64,000 bases of DNA from Entomortierella parvispora E1425 (Eukaryota; Fungi; Mortierellomycota): the NCBI GenBank assembly GCA_020891255.1, contig BQFW01000007.1, forward strand, positions 310,001 through 374,000, written 5' to 3'. The notes beneath the pieces are model-generated. The model was given only the letters and a program-made list of their open reading frames with translations. It ran no database searches and had not been told where the DNA came from. Position numbers and translations under genes: made by a program. Shown here one piece after another: positions 48,444 to 61,036 of the stretch (position 1 is the first letter of the stretch; every line of letters starts with the position of its first letter).

Positions 48444-50032
48444 ATGTCGAACGGTTCTCCACAGAACACCTCTCCTGATCCTGTGCCTCAGAACACAGTA
48501 GAAGGCCTCTCGAGTCCCACAACTCGACCACTGCGCTCAACAACAGCGGATCTCCTTCAGTCCCAGCAAGTGCCTTCGCTGACTTCGCTGAGCTATTGCA
48601 ACGTTCATCTACTCCTATGGAAGTAGATGGAGAGTCACCTGTTAACAGAATTGCTCGGCTAGAGTCCCTCGTTGCGCGCAAGCAACAACAAGTGGATGAG
48701 TTGGCCGAACAACGCGAAGATGTTCTACTCAGGGCTGAGGCGCTCATCAACGCTAATCCTCCTGCAACACAACCCTCGCTAGTTGTTCAACGCGATCTGA
48801 TGTTAGCTGATCTTGCTGACAAACTGAATCAGGCAGTTGCTGACCTGGAAGTAGTCAAGGAAGCACTCAATAGGCGTCGCCCGCTTATATTTCCGATGGC
48901 CGCTTCATCTTCGCAATGTAATACCCAAGCACCCTTGGATTCATCCACTGTAGCTCCCGTCCTCAACGCTCCCTTCCATGACGCGTTGGTCCGGTACGGC
49001 CAGTTCAAGTCCATTCCCGTCTTTCCAGGCACCCTGTCTGTAGACTTTGCCAAAGTCGACCTCGTCCATTATCCTTCAAGCCCCGTCTTGGATCTGACCT
49101 CGCAGCTCAGGAACATTGAAAAGAAAGACTTCGAAGCCAAGTTTGTCGAGACTCTCTTCACTTTTCTCGATCGTTTTGAGAAGTTCTTTCGAGAACGTCT
49201 CACCGAGCTTTTTGATCCATTGGCTTGGCGCTACGTCTCTGTCGCTTTGCAAAAGGCAGAAATGGACCGTCATTTTGATTCTCAAATGGAGCTGATCAAA
49301 GATCCATTGGATCGTACTTGGGTTCAAGTCGAGAAAGCCATCAAGACCATCTTCGGCCTTGACATGATCAATGGTGATTTGCTTGAGCGAGTTTTCACAT
49401 TCAAGGCGCTTCCTCATGAGAACCCAGAAGCTTTCGCCTGTCGCTTTGAGGGATTGCTCAGAGCATCTGGTATTGTCGGCGCCCGAGGCAACACTGATAT
49501 CCCTCAGTCACTCCTCGCCGGGGTCCTCTATCGAGCGCTCCCGGATAATGTTCAGAACCTCGCTCTATATCATTTCAATCGTCTGTCCGACATAAAGGAC
49601 TACGATGCGCTTCTAACATTTATCCGCAGCACCAGTAGTACCCTCCAGGGCACGTATCCTTGGGGCGGTCTCTGGGCAGCCTCTCAGTGGGCAGCACACC
49701 TTATCAAGTCGGATGGCTCTAAAGGTCATTCATCGCACTCTGCTTCCCAAGATGGTTCCAAGCGACAGCGCTCACCATCTCCTGCTGCTCGAGATCGCAA
49801 GTCCAATCGTAAGCAACACAGGCATAAAGGTGATCGATCCTCGCTACGACTCCCGGATGGTGAAAAGTGGTGTACCAATCCTCCTTGCACCACTCTCACT
49901 AAGCGACACTGGGGCTCATCTTGCAGAAGACACAGCAACAATCGCACTCCTGCAAGCTCCGGAACTCCCACGTGCGAGTCTTCAAACTCCAACTGTTCCC
50001 CTAATTCTACATTTGCTCATAAACTCTTCTAA
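48444..50032 (+). mobile_element. Retroelement gag-like ORF (probable 5' frameshift; no pol downstream)
   Basis: Coiled-coil N-terminus; gag-like VFTFKALPHENPEAFACRFEGLL motif; basic linker; C-x4-C-x6-H-x4-C knuckle (CTNPPCTTLTKRHWGSSC). The 48444 ATG frame shifts into the 478-aa frame. Confidence 0.6.
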
Positions 50033-50038
50033 AAACAG

Positions 50039-51288
50039 TTATGAACTCGAATAAAGTGGGTCTCCTCTGAAGTGATTTTTTCCAAATTTGTTGGACATTC
50101 TCCCATAGCTCGTCAAAGCTTCTAGCTTCTTTGGGCGGTTTTTATAGTCATCCAGACGTCGTTTTATGATGGCCCAGAGGTTTTCTATATGGTTCAGGTC
50201 TGGCGAATTGGCTGGCCACTCCAACGGTGAGTTGTTGTTGTGAAAAATAGTCTTTGATAATACGGGCAGTGTGAATGCTGGCATTGTCCTGCTGAAAAAT
50301 GAATTTCTCTCTGTCCATGTCAAACCAGTCGCGACTTCGGAGGACATAATCCTTGACCCGGGATCCAAGAAAGGTCGCCAAGGCCGTAATAGGTCATTTT
50401 AACCCCAGACCATAATTTTGCCTCCTCCACTCTGCTTGGTTTCCTTGACCTGGTGAAGCTCGTTACGCTTTTGCTCCCTGTCGGAATAAAAGTAATGCCT
50501 TCCGAAGGACCCAGTACGACTTATACTCGACTCATCTGAGAACATTACCGTTCTTTCATTCCTCCACTGACCACTCCGCATGTCCTTGAGCAAATGCAAG
50601 CCGAGCACTCTTCTGATGAGGTTCAAGTTTTGGCTTTTTTTGGTTTGACCCACGCCCGCACGCCCATGTCCTTTAGATTGCGCTGAACCGTGGTTCGATG
50701 AACCTGGCTTGCATCTCGGTTTTTGATTTCGAGAACTGCTTCCCTCATCGTCAAAAGTACGCCGCTGTTTAATTGCCGTGCAATTAGCCTGCATGTTTGA
50801 TCGGTAATCTTCTTTGGCCGACCCATTGATGGAGGGGGAACGTTCCCCGCAATGGTTTTCCTGATGGTTGCAACCGTACCGGGTGAGACTCTAAAGGCGA
50901 CAGCGACCTCCCGAAGAGATTTTCCCTGAATGAGCTGCTGCTTGATGTCGTTAACTTTTGACGGAGCAATGGGCTTCATTGTGTCAGCGATGATGGGGAC
51001 CAGAAGAGAGCGACGCATGAATTTTTTTTTAATTTTGTGGGGGCGGGCTGTGCCTGCATTGAGCGACGCGCGCTGAAAGACAGTGTCACGTTTGAAAAAG
51101 TGCAAAAGTGATTGAGTGAACATGGGTGAGTTGAATTAACGATTGCTCCTAATTCCATTAGGTGACATGAGCCGAAACCTACACTCAAACATGCAAAAAA
51201 AGACCAAGGATGTGGAGCTGGGAAGGACGAGAGAACGCATGTTGGGTTAATGTCGAAATGTCGAATATCCGATCTTTGCACAGCACCG
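50039..51288 (-). mobile_element. Truncated Tc1/mariner (DD34E) transposon remnant
   Basis: ATG 50979; HTH region GKSLREVAVAFRVSPGTV...GRPKKIT; VMFSDES, GGGKIMVWG, FQQDNASIH and WPANSPDLNHIENLW split by several frameshifts and a deletion. 5' end TA|CGGTGCTGTGCAAAG at 51290/51288; no matching 3' TIR found. Confidence 0.88.
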
Positions 51289-51464
51289 TATAATTTCAGC
51301 CGGCCTGCGCTTCAACAACAACCATGCTTTCAACCCCCCCCCCCCCCACACACACACAGCAGCATCGCCTTCAGCCAACGAGTCTACAGCAGCACCCCCT
51401 TCAGTTGTGAATCTCCCGTGGATTGTTTCATTCAGCCGGCTAAAAGACCATTGCATCGCCACAC

Positions 51465-51521
51465 TGTCGTGCACTGAAAGCGACTGCACTGAGAGAATGA
51501 AGAGTAAACAGAGCAAATCTC
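51465..51521 (+). repeat. 57-bp direct repeat, copy 2
   Basis: See copy 1 at 47900-47956. Confidence 0.95.
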
Positions 51522-51619
51522 AGGCTATCGATTTGACCTGATAATACCGGCAAAACCACGTTTGGTTCGTCGTCGCATCGCTTGGATGGATTTGGAAGGG
51601 TTGATTCCGGTCTTGTGGA

Positions 51620-52210
51620 TCCGGCGTTGGTGAGGGAGTGCGACCAAAGTCGCTTGGCTGCGGTGGCTGTGGTGAATGGAGGAAGCGTAGTCCTTTCAGC
51701 TGTGGTGAGCTGAGTGTATCCTACGAGGGCGATGTTGCGGGCGGCATTTCCATCACGGATAGACGACACCGTTAATTTGGTTCCACGTGCTCACGATCCG
51801 AAGACCTTCCACAAATCGCTTCGTTTCGCCACCGTTTTGAGCCGCGCAGTGTTCAGGAAGCCACTTGGCTGGAAAGACATTGTAAAAAAAAACTGTCCAA
51901 CGTCAACGATGTGCGCGTTATCAGAGGATTCGGTGTGTTTTCAGAAATGTATCTTATACCGACAGGTGTCAGTGCTGCATTCGGCTGTGGCAGCGACATA
52001 GCTATTAGCCGCCCTCCTTTCCTGTGTGCCCAAGAGAATCGCTTTTTGATTCTCTCTGGAGATCAGCTTTTTTCTGCCTTCCAGCGAGGATCAAGTTACA
52101 CAAAAACGAAAGAAGGGCCTTGGCCTCGAAGAAAGGAGGCAGGCTATTGTGTGAAACGCGAAAGGTTAAACGACCGTCGAGTCCAATAACTGTTCCCTCA
52201 CCCTCCAAGA
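51620..52210 (-). pseudogene. Probable relic of a Fanzor/TnpB-like RuvC nuclease C-terminus
   Basis: Ordered fragments VIGLDG...SHNSLPPFFEAKA, then ...WNQINGVV, then RDGNAARNIALVG...TLPPF. RDxNAAxNI is the RuvC-III motif of TnpB/Fanzor. Heavily frameshifted. Confidence 0.45.
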
Positions 52211-52634
52211 GTCACTGGTGCACAGCATGTCTCTCCTTACAACCCGATGGCACATCAGGATGTAGTAACATTGGAGAAGGTTGTACTGCGTTCATCACAT
52301 CCTCAGCGATCGGGCCCGTTGCTACAATAACAATAACGCCACTGGTTATTTTGACCCTTGCTGAAGGAGTCAGCGTGTCACGTGCTAAAGATCGATCAAA
52401 GTACAACCATCAATCGCAAGTGCTGTGCTCACCCACAGGCGCGCGCTGTCCCCGGTAACGGTCTTTGCACCTTTATTAACATTGATGGTTCTTTTTCTTC
52501 TTTTCTTTCGCCTTTGTTCCGCCCCACACCCTTGCATCCTCTTTTTGCTCAATACCCACTACCCTTACCTTACCCCACTCTCCACTCATATACCCCCCCC
52601 CCCCACTCGACCGCCTTTCTTTCTTTCTTCCTTC

Positions 52635-55600
52635 ATGTCACGAAACAACAACAATCAATACCCACCTCAAGGTGGCCCTCCCTCTCCCAACCATCAGCAG
52701 CCTTACTACGCCGGACCACCTCAGAGATCACAGACAAACCGCTCCATGCGTGCACCCCCCTCCTCGCCGCACATGAACGGAGGAGGAGGAGGCTATCCTC
52801 CTCAGCAGCCACAACAATATCCTCCACAGCAGCCACAACAATATCCTCCACAGCAACAGATCGGATATGGTGGCCCTGGCGGTTACACCAACGATCATCA
52901 AGTCTACCCCATCGACGAAGGCGACGGTGCAGGACTTATGGGAAACCAGGGCATGATGGCTGGCCGTCATCCCGGCCCCCCTCCACCGATGCGATCAGCG
53001 ACCATGGGCCACGCCCCCGACAGAAACGGATACCCACAAGGTGGTCCAGGGATGCAGTCAAAGTATCCCTGGACCGGCGGACCCAAGATGGATCGATCCG
53101 CGACGATGAACCGCAGGGTAAGTAAGCACCACAGGGGATCTACATACGCTGTGCAACAGCAAGAGCAAGAGCAAGAGCAAGAGCAGGAGATTAAAATAAG
53201 AGTGGAGCAAGAAGAACAGAACAGGGACGGAGAGAGAGAGAGAGAGGGAAGGGAAGGAAGGGCTCTCAACCAAGAGGGGTTTCGCATCACTGAGGCAAGA
53301 AGAGAGAAGGAATATGCACGAGAAGGAAGGGCGAAATGAGTCTCGTCTATTCCTGGGTTACATTTGGACAATGGAAATGAAGGAACGATTGATGGGCTGG
53401 GCTGTCTGTGGCGAAACTTATTTATTTTGCCTCTTTTTTCTTTCTTGCTATTCTCTATGTCCAAACTAACCTCGCTTTCCTTCTTTTTCGCTGCCTTGTT
53501 ACACTTGTAGTCGGTCTGCCATGTGCCTCTCACGGACGGTAACCTGGTCATGGACTGCCCCGTCCCTCAGCAATTGCTCGAAAACGCCCACTTTAAAGGA
53601 GAGCGCGAGTTTGAATACATGCGATACACAGCCGCGACCTGCGATCCCAATGATTTTTTCAAAGAGCGGTATACTCTCCGACCGACCATTTATCAGCGCC
53701 AAACCGAGCTCTTCATTGTCATGACTATGTACAACGAAGACGATGAGCTTTTCATCAAGACGATGGGTTCGGTCATGAAGAACATTGCCCACCTCTGTAC
53801 AAGATCCAAATCCAGGACCTGGGGCAAGGACGGCTGGAAAAAAGTAGTCGTATGTGTGGTGGCCGACGGACGTACAAAGTGTCACCCACGTGTGCTCAAG
53901 GTTCTGGCTGCCATGGGCGCTTACCAAGAGGGCATTGCCAAGGATACTGTTGCTGGCAAGCCTGTGACAGCCCACATTTACGAATACACGACCCAAGTCA
54001 TGGTCGACTCGGACCTCAAACTTCGCACCGCCGATCGCGGTATTGTTCCCGTGCAGATCCTGTTCTGTCTCAAGGAGAAGAATGCCAAAAAGCTCAACTC
54101 TCACCGATGGTTCTTCAACGCGTTTGCACCTCAACTCAACCCCAACGTTTGCATTCTACTCGATGTCGGAACTAAACCCTCGGGCACAAGTATCTATCAT
54201 CTCTGGAAGGCCTTTGACCGAGATTCATCGATTGGTGGCGCCTGCGGAGAGATTTGTGCTGATCTCGGACCGAATTGCAGCAATCTGATGAACCCTCTGG
54301 TGGCGTCACAGAACTTTGAGTACAAGATGTCCAACATCCTTGACAAGCCTCTCGAATCTGTCTTTGGATACATCTCGGTACTTCCGGGAGCTTTCTCGGC
54401 CTACAGATACAAGGCCCTCAAGGACTCGTCGCCGGGTGTAGGACCTTTGTCCTCATACTTCAAGGGCGAAACTATGCACACCTCTGGAGATGCTGGCATC
54501 TTTGAGTCCAACATGTACCTCGCCGAGGACCGTATCTTGTGCTTTGAGCTAGTCGCAAAGAAGAATGAGGCCTGGTTGCTTCGCTATGTCAAGTCGGCTA
54601 AGGCTGAAACCGATGTACCAGATTCAATCGGAGAGTTCATTTCCCAGAGGCGTCGTTGGTTAAACGGCTCTTTCTTTGCTGCGTTCTATTCCTTGGCCCA
54701 CTTCACTCGTGTCCTGACCTCGGGGCAAGGATTCTTCCGCAAAATCTTTTTGATGATCGAGTTCATTTACAACGCTATCAACTTGGTCTTCAACTGGTTC
54801 TCGCTCGCCAACTTTTATCTCACATTCTATTTCCTGACGACGGCGGCCAACAACAATGCGAACCACGACTTTTCGCCTTTCGGAGAGCATGGAAAGACCG
54901 TGTTTTCATTGTTGCGACCCATGTATCTCGCGGCTATCATCACAGTGTTTATTTCCTCCTTGGGTAACCGACCTCAAGGATCGAGGATCATCTACATCAT
55001 GGCTATCTTTCTTTTTGCGCTGATCATGGGCGTGATGCTCTACCTGGCCGCAGCCACTGTGGTCGCGGTGGTGATGCCTCACTGGGGTCAGTACGCACTT
55101 ATGATTGATTTGCTCAAAGTGCAAGGACCATTCCGCGACACTGTGATCTCATTGGCTTCAACTTACGGCCTGTACATCATTGCGTCGCTGATGCACTTTG
55201 AGCCATGGCATATGATCACGTCTTTTATCCCCTATCTGTTCCTTTTACCGGCCTATGTCAACATCTTGATGGTCTACGCCTTCTGCAACACGCACGATGT
55301 TTCTTGGGGAACCAAAGGAGACAACAAGATTGAGCAGTTGGGAGGGGCGACCAAGGTGACAGGCAAGGATGGCAAAGAATTAATCAAGTTGGAGAAACCT
55401 ACATCCAGGGAAGACATTGATGCAGTCTACATGTTGAACATGCAAGAGTTGTCTGTCCGACCTGATGCGGTCAAGGAGAAGAGAGATGCTAGTACCAAAA
55501 AGGAGGACTACTACAAGTTGTTCCGAACACGTCTGGTCTTGACGTGGATGTTCTCGAACGCAATCTTGATTATTGCGATGACCAACAGTTTTACGTTCCA

Positions 55601-55748
55601 AAAGGATAATGTGGAGGAAGTGGTGCCGCACTCGAATGACATGTTCAACCCTTACCTGTCCATGATCTTTTGGTCCGTTGCCGCCCTCAGCGCTGTTCGT
55701 TTCACGGGATCAGCCATGTACCTGATTCTCCGTGCGCTCTTTGGATAG
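52635..55748 (+). CDS. Chitin synthase, division 1 (2 exons: 52635-53117, 53511-55748)
   Basis: [64 protein letters not shown], multiple TM helices, HDVSWGTKG. Confidence 0.97.
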
Positions 55749-56039
55749 TGGTAGACACTCTAGAGGTAGAATAGGCATCTACACTTGGTTCCGAAATAGA
55801 ATCTACAAACTCCTTGATGATGAAAGGCGTGTCGCTCATATTTTTGCTTCGCCACGGCTATGAGAGCGTCGACTCTGCGCCCACAATGGGTTGTCAATGT
55901 AGTCTACAAAAGATCTCATTTCTTCTTTTGTCCCCTTTGCACTCTCACTACTCCCCATCCCCTGTCTTCCATTTACAACTCACACCTACAGAATCATACA
56001 TACACGAACCGCTTCCCTAATTCTCCCGTCAAGATACCA

Positions 56040-57043
56040 ATGGCCGCCGTCAACTCCCCTCAAGATTCCGACCTCCCATCCTATGGCCAGGTCCAAGGTC
56101 TCTCTTCTAAAACAGAAACGGATCCATCACCCATCCCAGGTGTCCGAGCCACACTGGAAACAATGCTCCAGGAGGTCGACCAGGATCTCTTCAAGGTAAT
56201 CACTCTCCTCAAGGAAATCTCGGGCAGCGACACCACTCAATACTTGTCGAGGGATACGTTCTTCCAGATGGGCATGCTGCACTTTTACATGAGAAATAGA
56301 AAAGATGACGCTTGGAAAAGTCTTCATGGCGAACGCCTTCGACTCTTGGAGAGGAAAGATTATCTAAGAATCGAGTTGGCCAAAGCCAGTGGTAAGTTTG
56401 AGGGAGAAGGAGAGGAAGGAAAAGAGCGAAAGACAAAAAAAAAAAAAAAAAAAGACGAAAAAGCCCGCAGCGCAATGAATAATTCTTGTTCCTGACCATC
56501 TCCCGCCTTTTTACTATTCCTTTTTTCTATAAAAAAAAAGGTCAAGAACAGCAGCAAGAACGCGATCTTCAGGCCTGGCTGGAGGTTGACTGTATTCGCG
56601 CAAAGCGACTTGCTTTTATTGACGCATTGATGGAAGGACTGCAGACAATCCTCCGGGACGAGTCAAAGCCAAAGTCGGCCCTATCACAAGACAGTAGACA
56701 AAATGTCATCTTTGATCAAATCCTCACTTTGCCCGAAGGCAGAGGGATCCAGCCCTTCGTGCATCTCAAGCACTGTGACCATGCCTCTATCAAACAGTAC
56801 TGTACCCAAGAGTTGGGGAGGTTGGGAAGCAAAAGAGACGAGTTGGATCCGGTGACGATGTGTCTGACAAACGCACCTCCGGGCGCTTGGGATCGTAGGG
56901 CAACAGCCTCGAGTATACCCTTGAACAACCACTACATGGCGCATCCTCCCTCTTTCTCTTCCGCTTCCGCATCGTCTTCATCCTTCATCCCTGCTGCTCC
57001 GGCCCCTTCAGCAATTCCTATCTATACTCCCCGTCAATTGTAA
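56040..57043 (+). CDS. Orphan hypothetical protein, tandem copy A (284 aa; intron 56392-56540)
   Basis: MAAVNSPQDSDLPSY...; GTAAGT/AG intron splices in frame; a close paralog with the same intron lies 2.77 kb downstream. Confidence 0.75.
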
Positions 57044-57715
57044 CGGCGATGGTCCAGTGATAGGGAATAGTCGAAATGAGCCTTTCCCACCTCGCCCTAT
57101 GTTTCTTTTTTTGCATTTTTTTTATTGTGAGCATCCCTGACAGTTGGAAATTCTTCTCACATTCCTCTTGTTTCTTTGGTGGGCTGATGGGTGAGAGAAT
57201 AAACGTTTTGATTGACAGGCTGTCGACTGTCATGTATTGAAGCGCCTGACCCCATAGTAAGTCGAGCCTGCGGCCGTTTTCACCTAGTTGGTCATGGGCC
57301 ACTGATGAAGTAACAGTCGATGCAAAATGAGAGCAACGGTCTTGGGTATTTGGCGTAGTCGCGGGCTTCTGTGTCCTGAGTGGCTCGCTCCGTCGACCTT
57401 TGTATCCACTCATGCTGTCGATGATCTTCAGCTGGCTAGCATTGTTTTGGAAAACAACTCTGGAAAGATCTCTTCTAACACCATTGCGATCGCGAGAAGC
57501 TCATCGCGACAGAGAGAGTGTCTAAGCCGAGCCATGCCCATGCTCTCCTCGGAGTAAAGAAAGAAAAACGGAGCTTTGATAGAAATACAGCGTCCTTTCT
57601 ACGTTTTTCCTTGGAGTGATCTCGTTCCTGAGTTTTTACTGTATCAGCCAAGAACTGCCCCTCTTTCACCTCAACCACACCTTTCACCTTACCCCCTCCA
57701 ATTCACAACAGTACA

Positions 57716-57923
57716 ATGAGAGTTCAGCATTTTCCGGCCATTGTTGCTCTTTTAGACGTCGCCGTTGCTGCCCCGGTGCTAGTCTTCAGCACTACATCCA
57801 TTGTCAAAAAAAAATCGATAATGGGTTACTCGGCCGTACAATCTCTCATATTATTCTCAGACCATGTTTTCCATCTCATTCAATCAGCCCGTAACCATGA
57901 AATTCACCACTATCACTTGAAGG
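57716..57923 (+). pseudogene. Short secreted-protein-like gene fragment, with a degenerate second copy at 60366-60600
   Basis: MRVQHFPAIVALLDVAVAAP signal-like start. Copy 2 (MRVQSLLTAVSLLG...) carries a frameshift and a poly-A expansion. Confidence 0.35.
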
Positions 57924-58811
57924 TATGAATGATGGACGACACCCAAATTGGCACCTTCACTGGACTTCTAGATCTCTTGGCCATCTCCAACCAAACAGTG
58001 GGCGAGTTGAGTTTTCCTTCTTTGCTCATCACCAAAGAGGCGTTGACAATCACAAAGTGGCAGCTAGAGTTATTTTGCGGATCTATCTCGTGCATTTCAT
58101 TCCATTCAAGCATGTAGGTCGAGGTCGAATCAGTGGCAAGTTTGCAATGACAATGGCACGATGGACACGGCACTGAGCTGACGTGATTTTTTCCCTCTTC
58201 TCCACCATCATTCCGAAGTTGGAGTCACCCTCCCATTCTCCCTTGAGATGTGTGAAGGTCATTTGTATACTGGTTAATGCCATTGTGCGCGCCCTATTCT
58301 TTTGTTTATAATACCACTTAATCAGCAAGCGGCTCAATCGTCTGAATGACAAAAGAGCTGCCAAAAAACGGTTGCTCCATCAGCAGGTACGTTGAAAATC
58401 CATTCTAGAGACGCGTCGTTAGCTTTGCCGCTAGTTCTCTACCACTTCTTCAACAGTCCTCAGCGCTGTTCGCTTCGCAGGATCGGCCATGTAACTGATC
58501 CTCCGTGCGGTAAGGGGCAGACACCCTTGAGGAATATATGGCTAAGTTTAGTTTCAAAATAGTCCACAAACACTTGATGATCGCGTGGAACTGAAGGCTG
58601 TGTCACTCGTACTGCTGATTCCTTCGTCATGTCCACAGTACGAGAACGTCGACTCTACGCCCACAATGTGTTGTTGGAGTACAAAAGGGCTGAGCAGAAA
58701 CCCAATTGCTTTCATTTATTCTTTGTTTCCTTTGCACTCTCATCATTCTTCCTCCTTTCACAGCTCACACCTATACACGAACCGCTTCTCCAACACTCCC
58801 GTCAAGTACCA

Positions 58812-59855
58812 ATGGCCGCCGTCAACTCCCCTCAAGATTCCGACCTCCCATCCTATGGCCAGGCCCAAGGGATATTTTTCAAAACGGGTCTAACCCCCAT
58901 CTCAGGTGTCCGAGCCACGCTGGAGACGATGCTAGAGGAGGTCAACAAGGATCTCGGCAAGGTCATCACTATCCTCCAGGAATCCTCGTCCATCTCCAGC
59001 ACTGGCTTTATGTCCCGGGATCTGTTTGTACGGATGGGCATGCTGCACCTTTACAGGAAAAATAGTAGAGATGACACTTGGAAAGACATTCAGGATGAAC
59101 GCCTTCGACTGTTGGAGAGGAAAGATTATCTAAGAATCGAGTTGGCTAAAGTCACTGGTAAATTTGAGGGAATAATAGAGGAAGAGACCAAAAAAAAAAA
59201 AAAAAAAAGGGCTCACAACGCGACATGATCTTGTTCCTCATCCTCTCCTCCCCTCCCTTTTTTTTTTTTTAAAAAAAAAGCTCAAGAACAGCAACAAGAA
59301 CACGATCTTCAGGCCTGGCTGGAGGTTGACTGTATTCGCACAAAGCGACTTGTTTTCATTGACGCTTTGATGGAAGGACTGCAGACAATCCTCCAGGAGG
59401 AGTCAAAGCCAAAGCCAAAGCCGGCCCCACCACAAGATTCTCTTCCGAGGACAAATGTCATCTTTGATCAAATACTGACTTTACCCGAAGGCAGAGGGTT
59501 CCAACCCTTTTCGTATCTCAAGCAGTGTGACTCTATCCTCACTTTACCCGAAGGCAGAGGGATCCAACCCTTTGTGCATCTCAAGTACTATGACTCTTCT
59601 ATCAGAAAGTATTGTGTCCAAGAGTTGGAGAGGTTGGGAAGCATAAGAGACGAGTTGGCCCCGGTGACGATGCGTCTGAAAGACGCACCTCCGGGTGCTT
59701 GGGATCGTAGGGCAACAGCCTCGAGTATACCCTTGAACAACCATTACATGGCGCGTCCTCCCTCTTTCTCTTCCACTTTCGCATCGTCTTCACCTTTCAC
59801 CTCTGCTCCTCCGGCCCCTTCAGCAACTCCTATCTATGCCCCCCGTCAGTTGTAA
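58812..59855 (+). CDS. Orphan hypothetical protein, tandem copy B (intron 59158-59280; internal 63-bp duplication)
   Basis: Paralog of copy A with the same intron position; open frame in both exons. Confidence 0.75.
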
Positions 59856-60594
59856 CGGCGATGGTCCAGTGATAGGGAATAGTTGAAATGAGCCTTTCCA
59901 CCTCGCCCTATGTTTCTTTTTTTGCATTTTTTTTATTGTGAGCATCCCTGACATTTGGAAATTCTTCTCACATTCCTCCTGTTTCTTTGGTGGGCTGATG
60001 GGTGAGAGAATTAAACGATTTGATTAACAGTTTATCGACTTCCTGTATCGCAACGTCCGACCTCATCGAGGTTGGTTATGGGGGGATGTGACGTAGTCGC
60101 GGGCTCTGTGGCTCGCTCGGTCGACCTTTGTAATCCTCTCGTGCTTCAATTGGCTGGAATTGTTTTCGGAAACAACACTGGAAAGATCTCTGTCAACACC
60201 ATTGTAAGGCTTTGACAGAAATACAGCGTCCTTTCTTCGTTTCTCCCCGGACTGATTTCTCCTTGATCTGGTTTCCTGAACTTGTTACTGAATCAGTCAA
60301 GAATTGCCCCTCTTTTCACCTCTGCCACACCATACACCTTGCCCCTTCAACTTCATAACAGTACAATGAGAGTTCAGTCTTTGCTGACCGCTGTTTCTCT
60401 TTTAGGTGTTTGTTACCGTGGCTGCCCCGGTGTAGGTCTTCAGCACTACTTCCATTGCCAAAAAAAAAAAAAAAAAAAAAATAAGACAATGGTGTCCTTG
60501 TTGGGCCAGATCCAGTCTCTCACTTTATCCTTTGATCGTGTTTTCCATCTCATTCAATCAGCCCATAGGCCTGACATTCACCAATTTCACTCAG

Positions 60595-61036
60595 AAGCGA
60601 CTTGCTTCTATTTGGCGCAATGATGCAAGGACTGAAGGCAATCCTCTAGTATGAGTCAAGGACAAAGCTGGTTCTATCAGAAGAGAGAAAACAAAACGTC
60701 ATCTTTGATCAAATCCTCACTTGCCCCGAAGGCGAAGAGATTCAACCATTCGTGCATCTCAAGCACCATGACTCTGCCTCTATCAGAGAGTATTGTACCC
60801 AAGCGTTGGATAAATGGGGCAGCAGAAGAGACAAGTTCGACTCGGTTATGACGTGTCTGAAAAACGCGCCCTCGGGCGCTTGGGATCATAGGGCTACAGC
60901 TTCGAGCGTACCCTTGAATAGCCATTACATGGCGCGTCCTCCATCTTTCTCTTTCACTTCCGCGTCATCTTCACCCTTCACACCTGCTCCTCCGACCCCT
61001 TCATCAGCTCCTGTCTATACCCCCCCTCAATGGTAA
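60595..61036 (+). pseudogene. Orphan gene tandem copy C, 5'-truncated with an internal stop
   Basis: Only the exon-2 equivalent is present (MMQGLKAIL*YES...NVIFDQILTCPEG...PVYTPPQW), fused to the preceding fragment. Confidence 0.8.
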
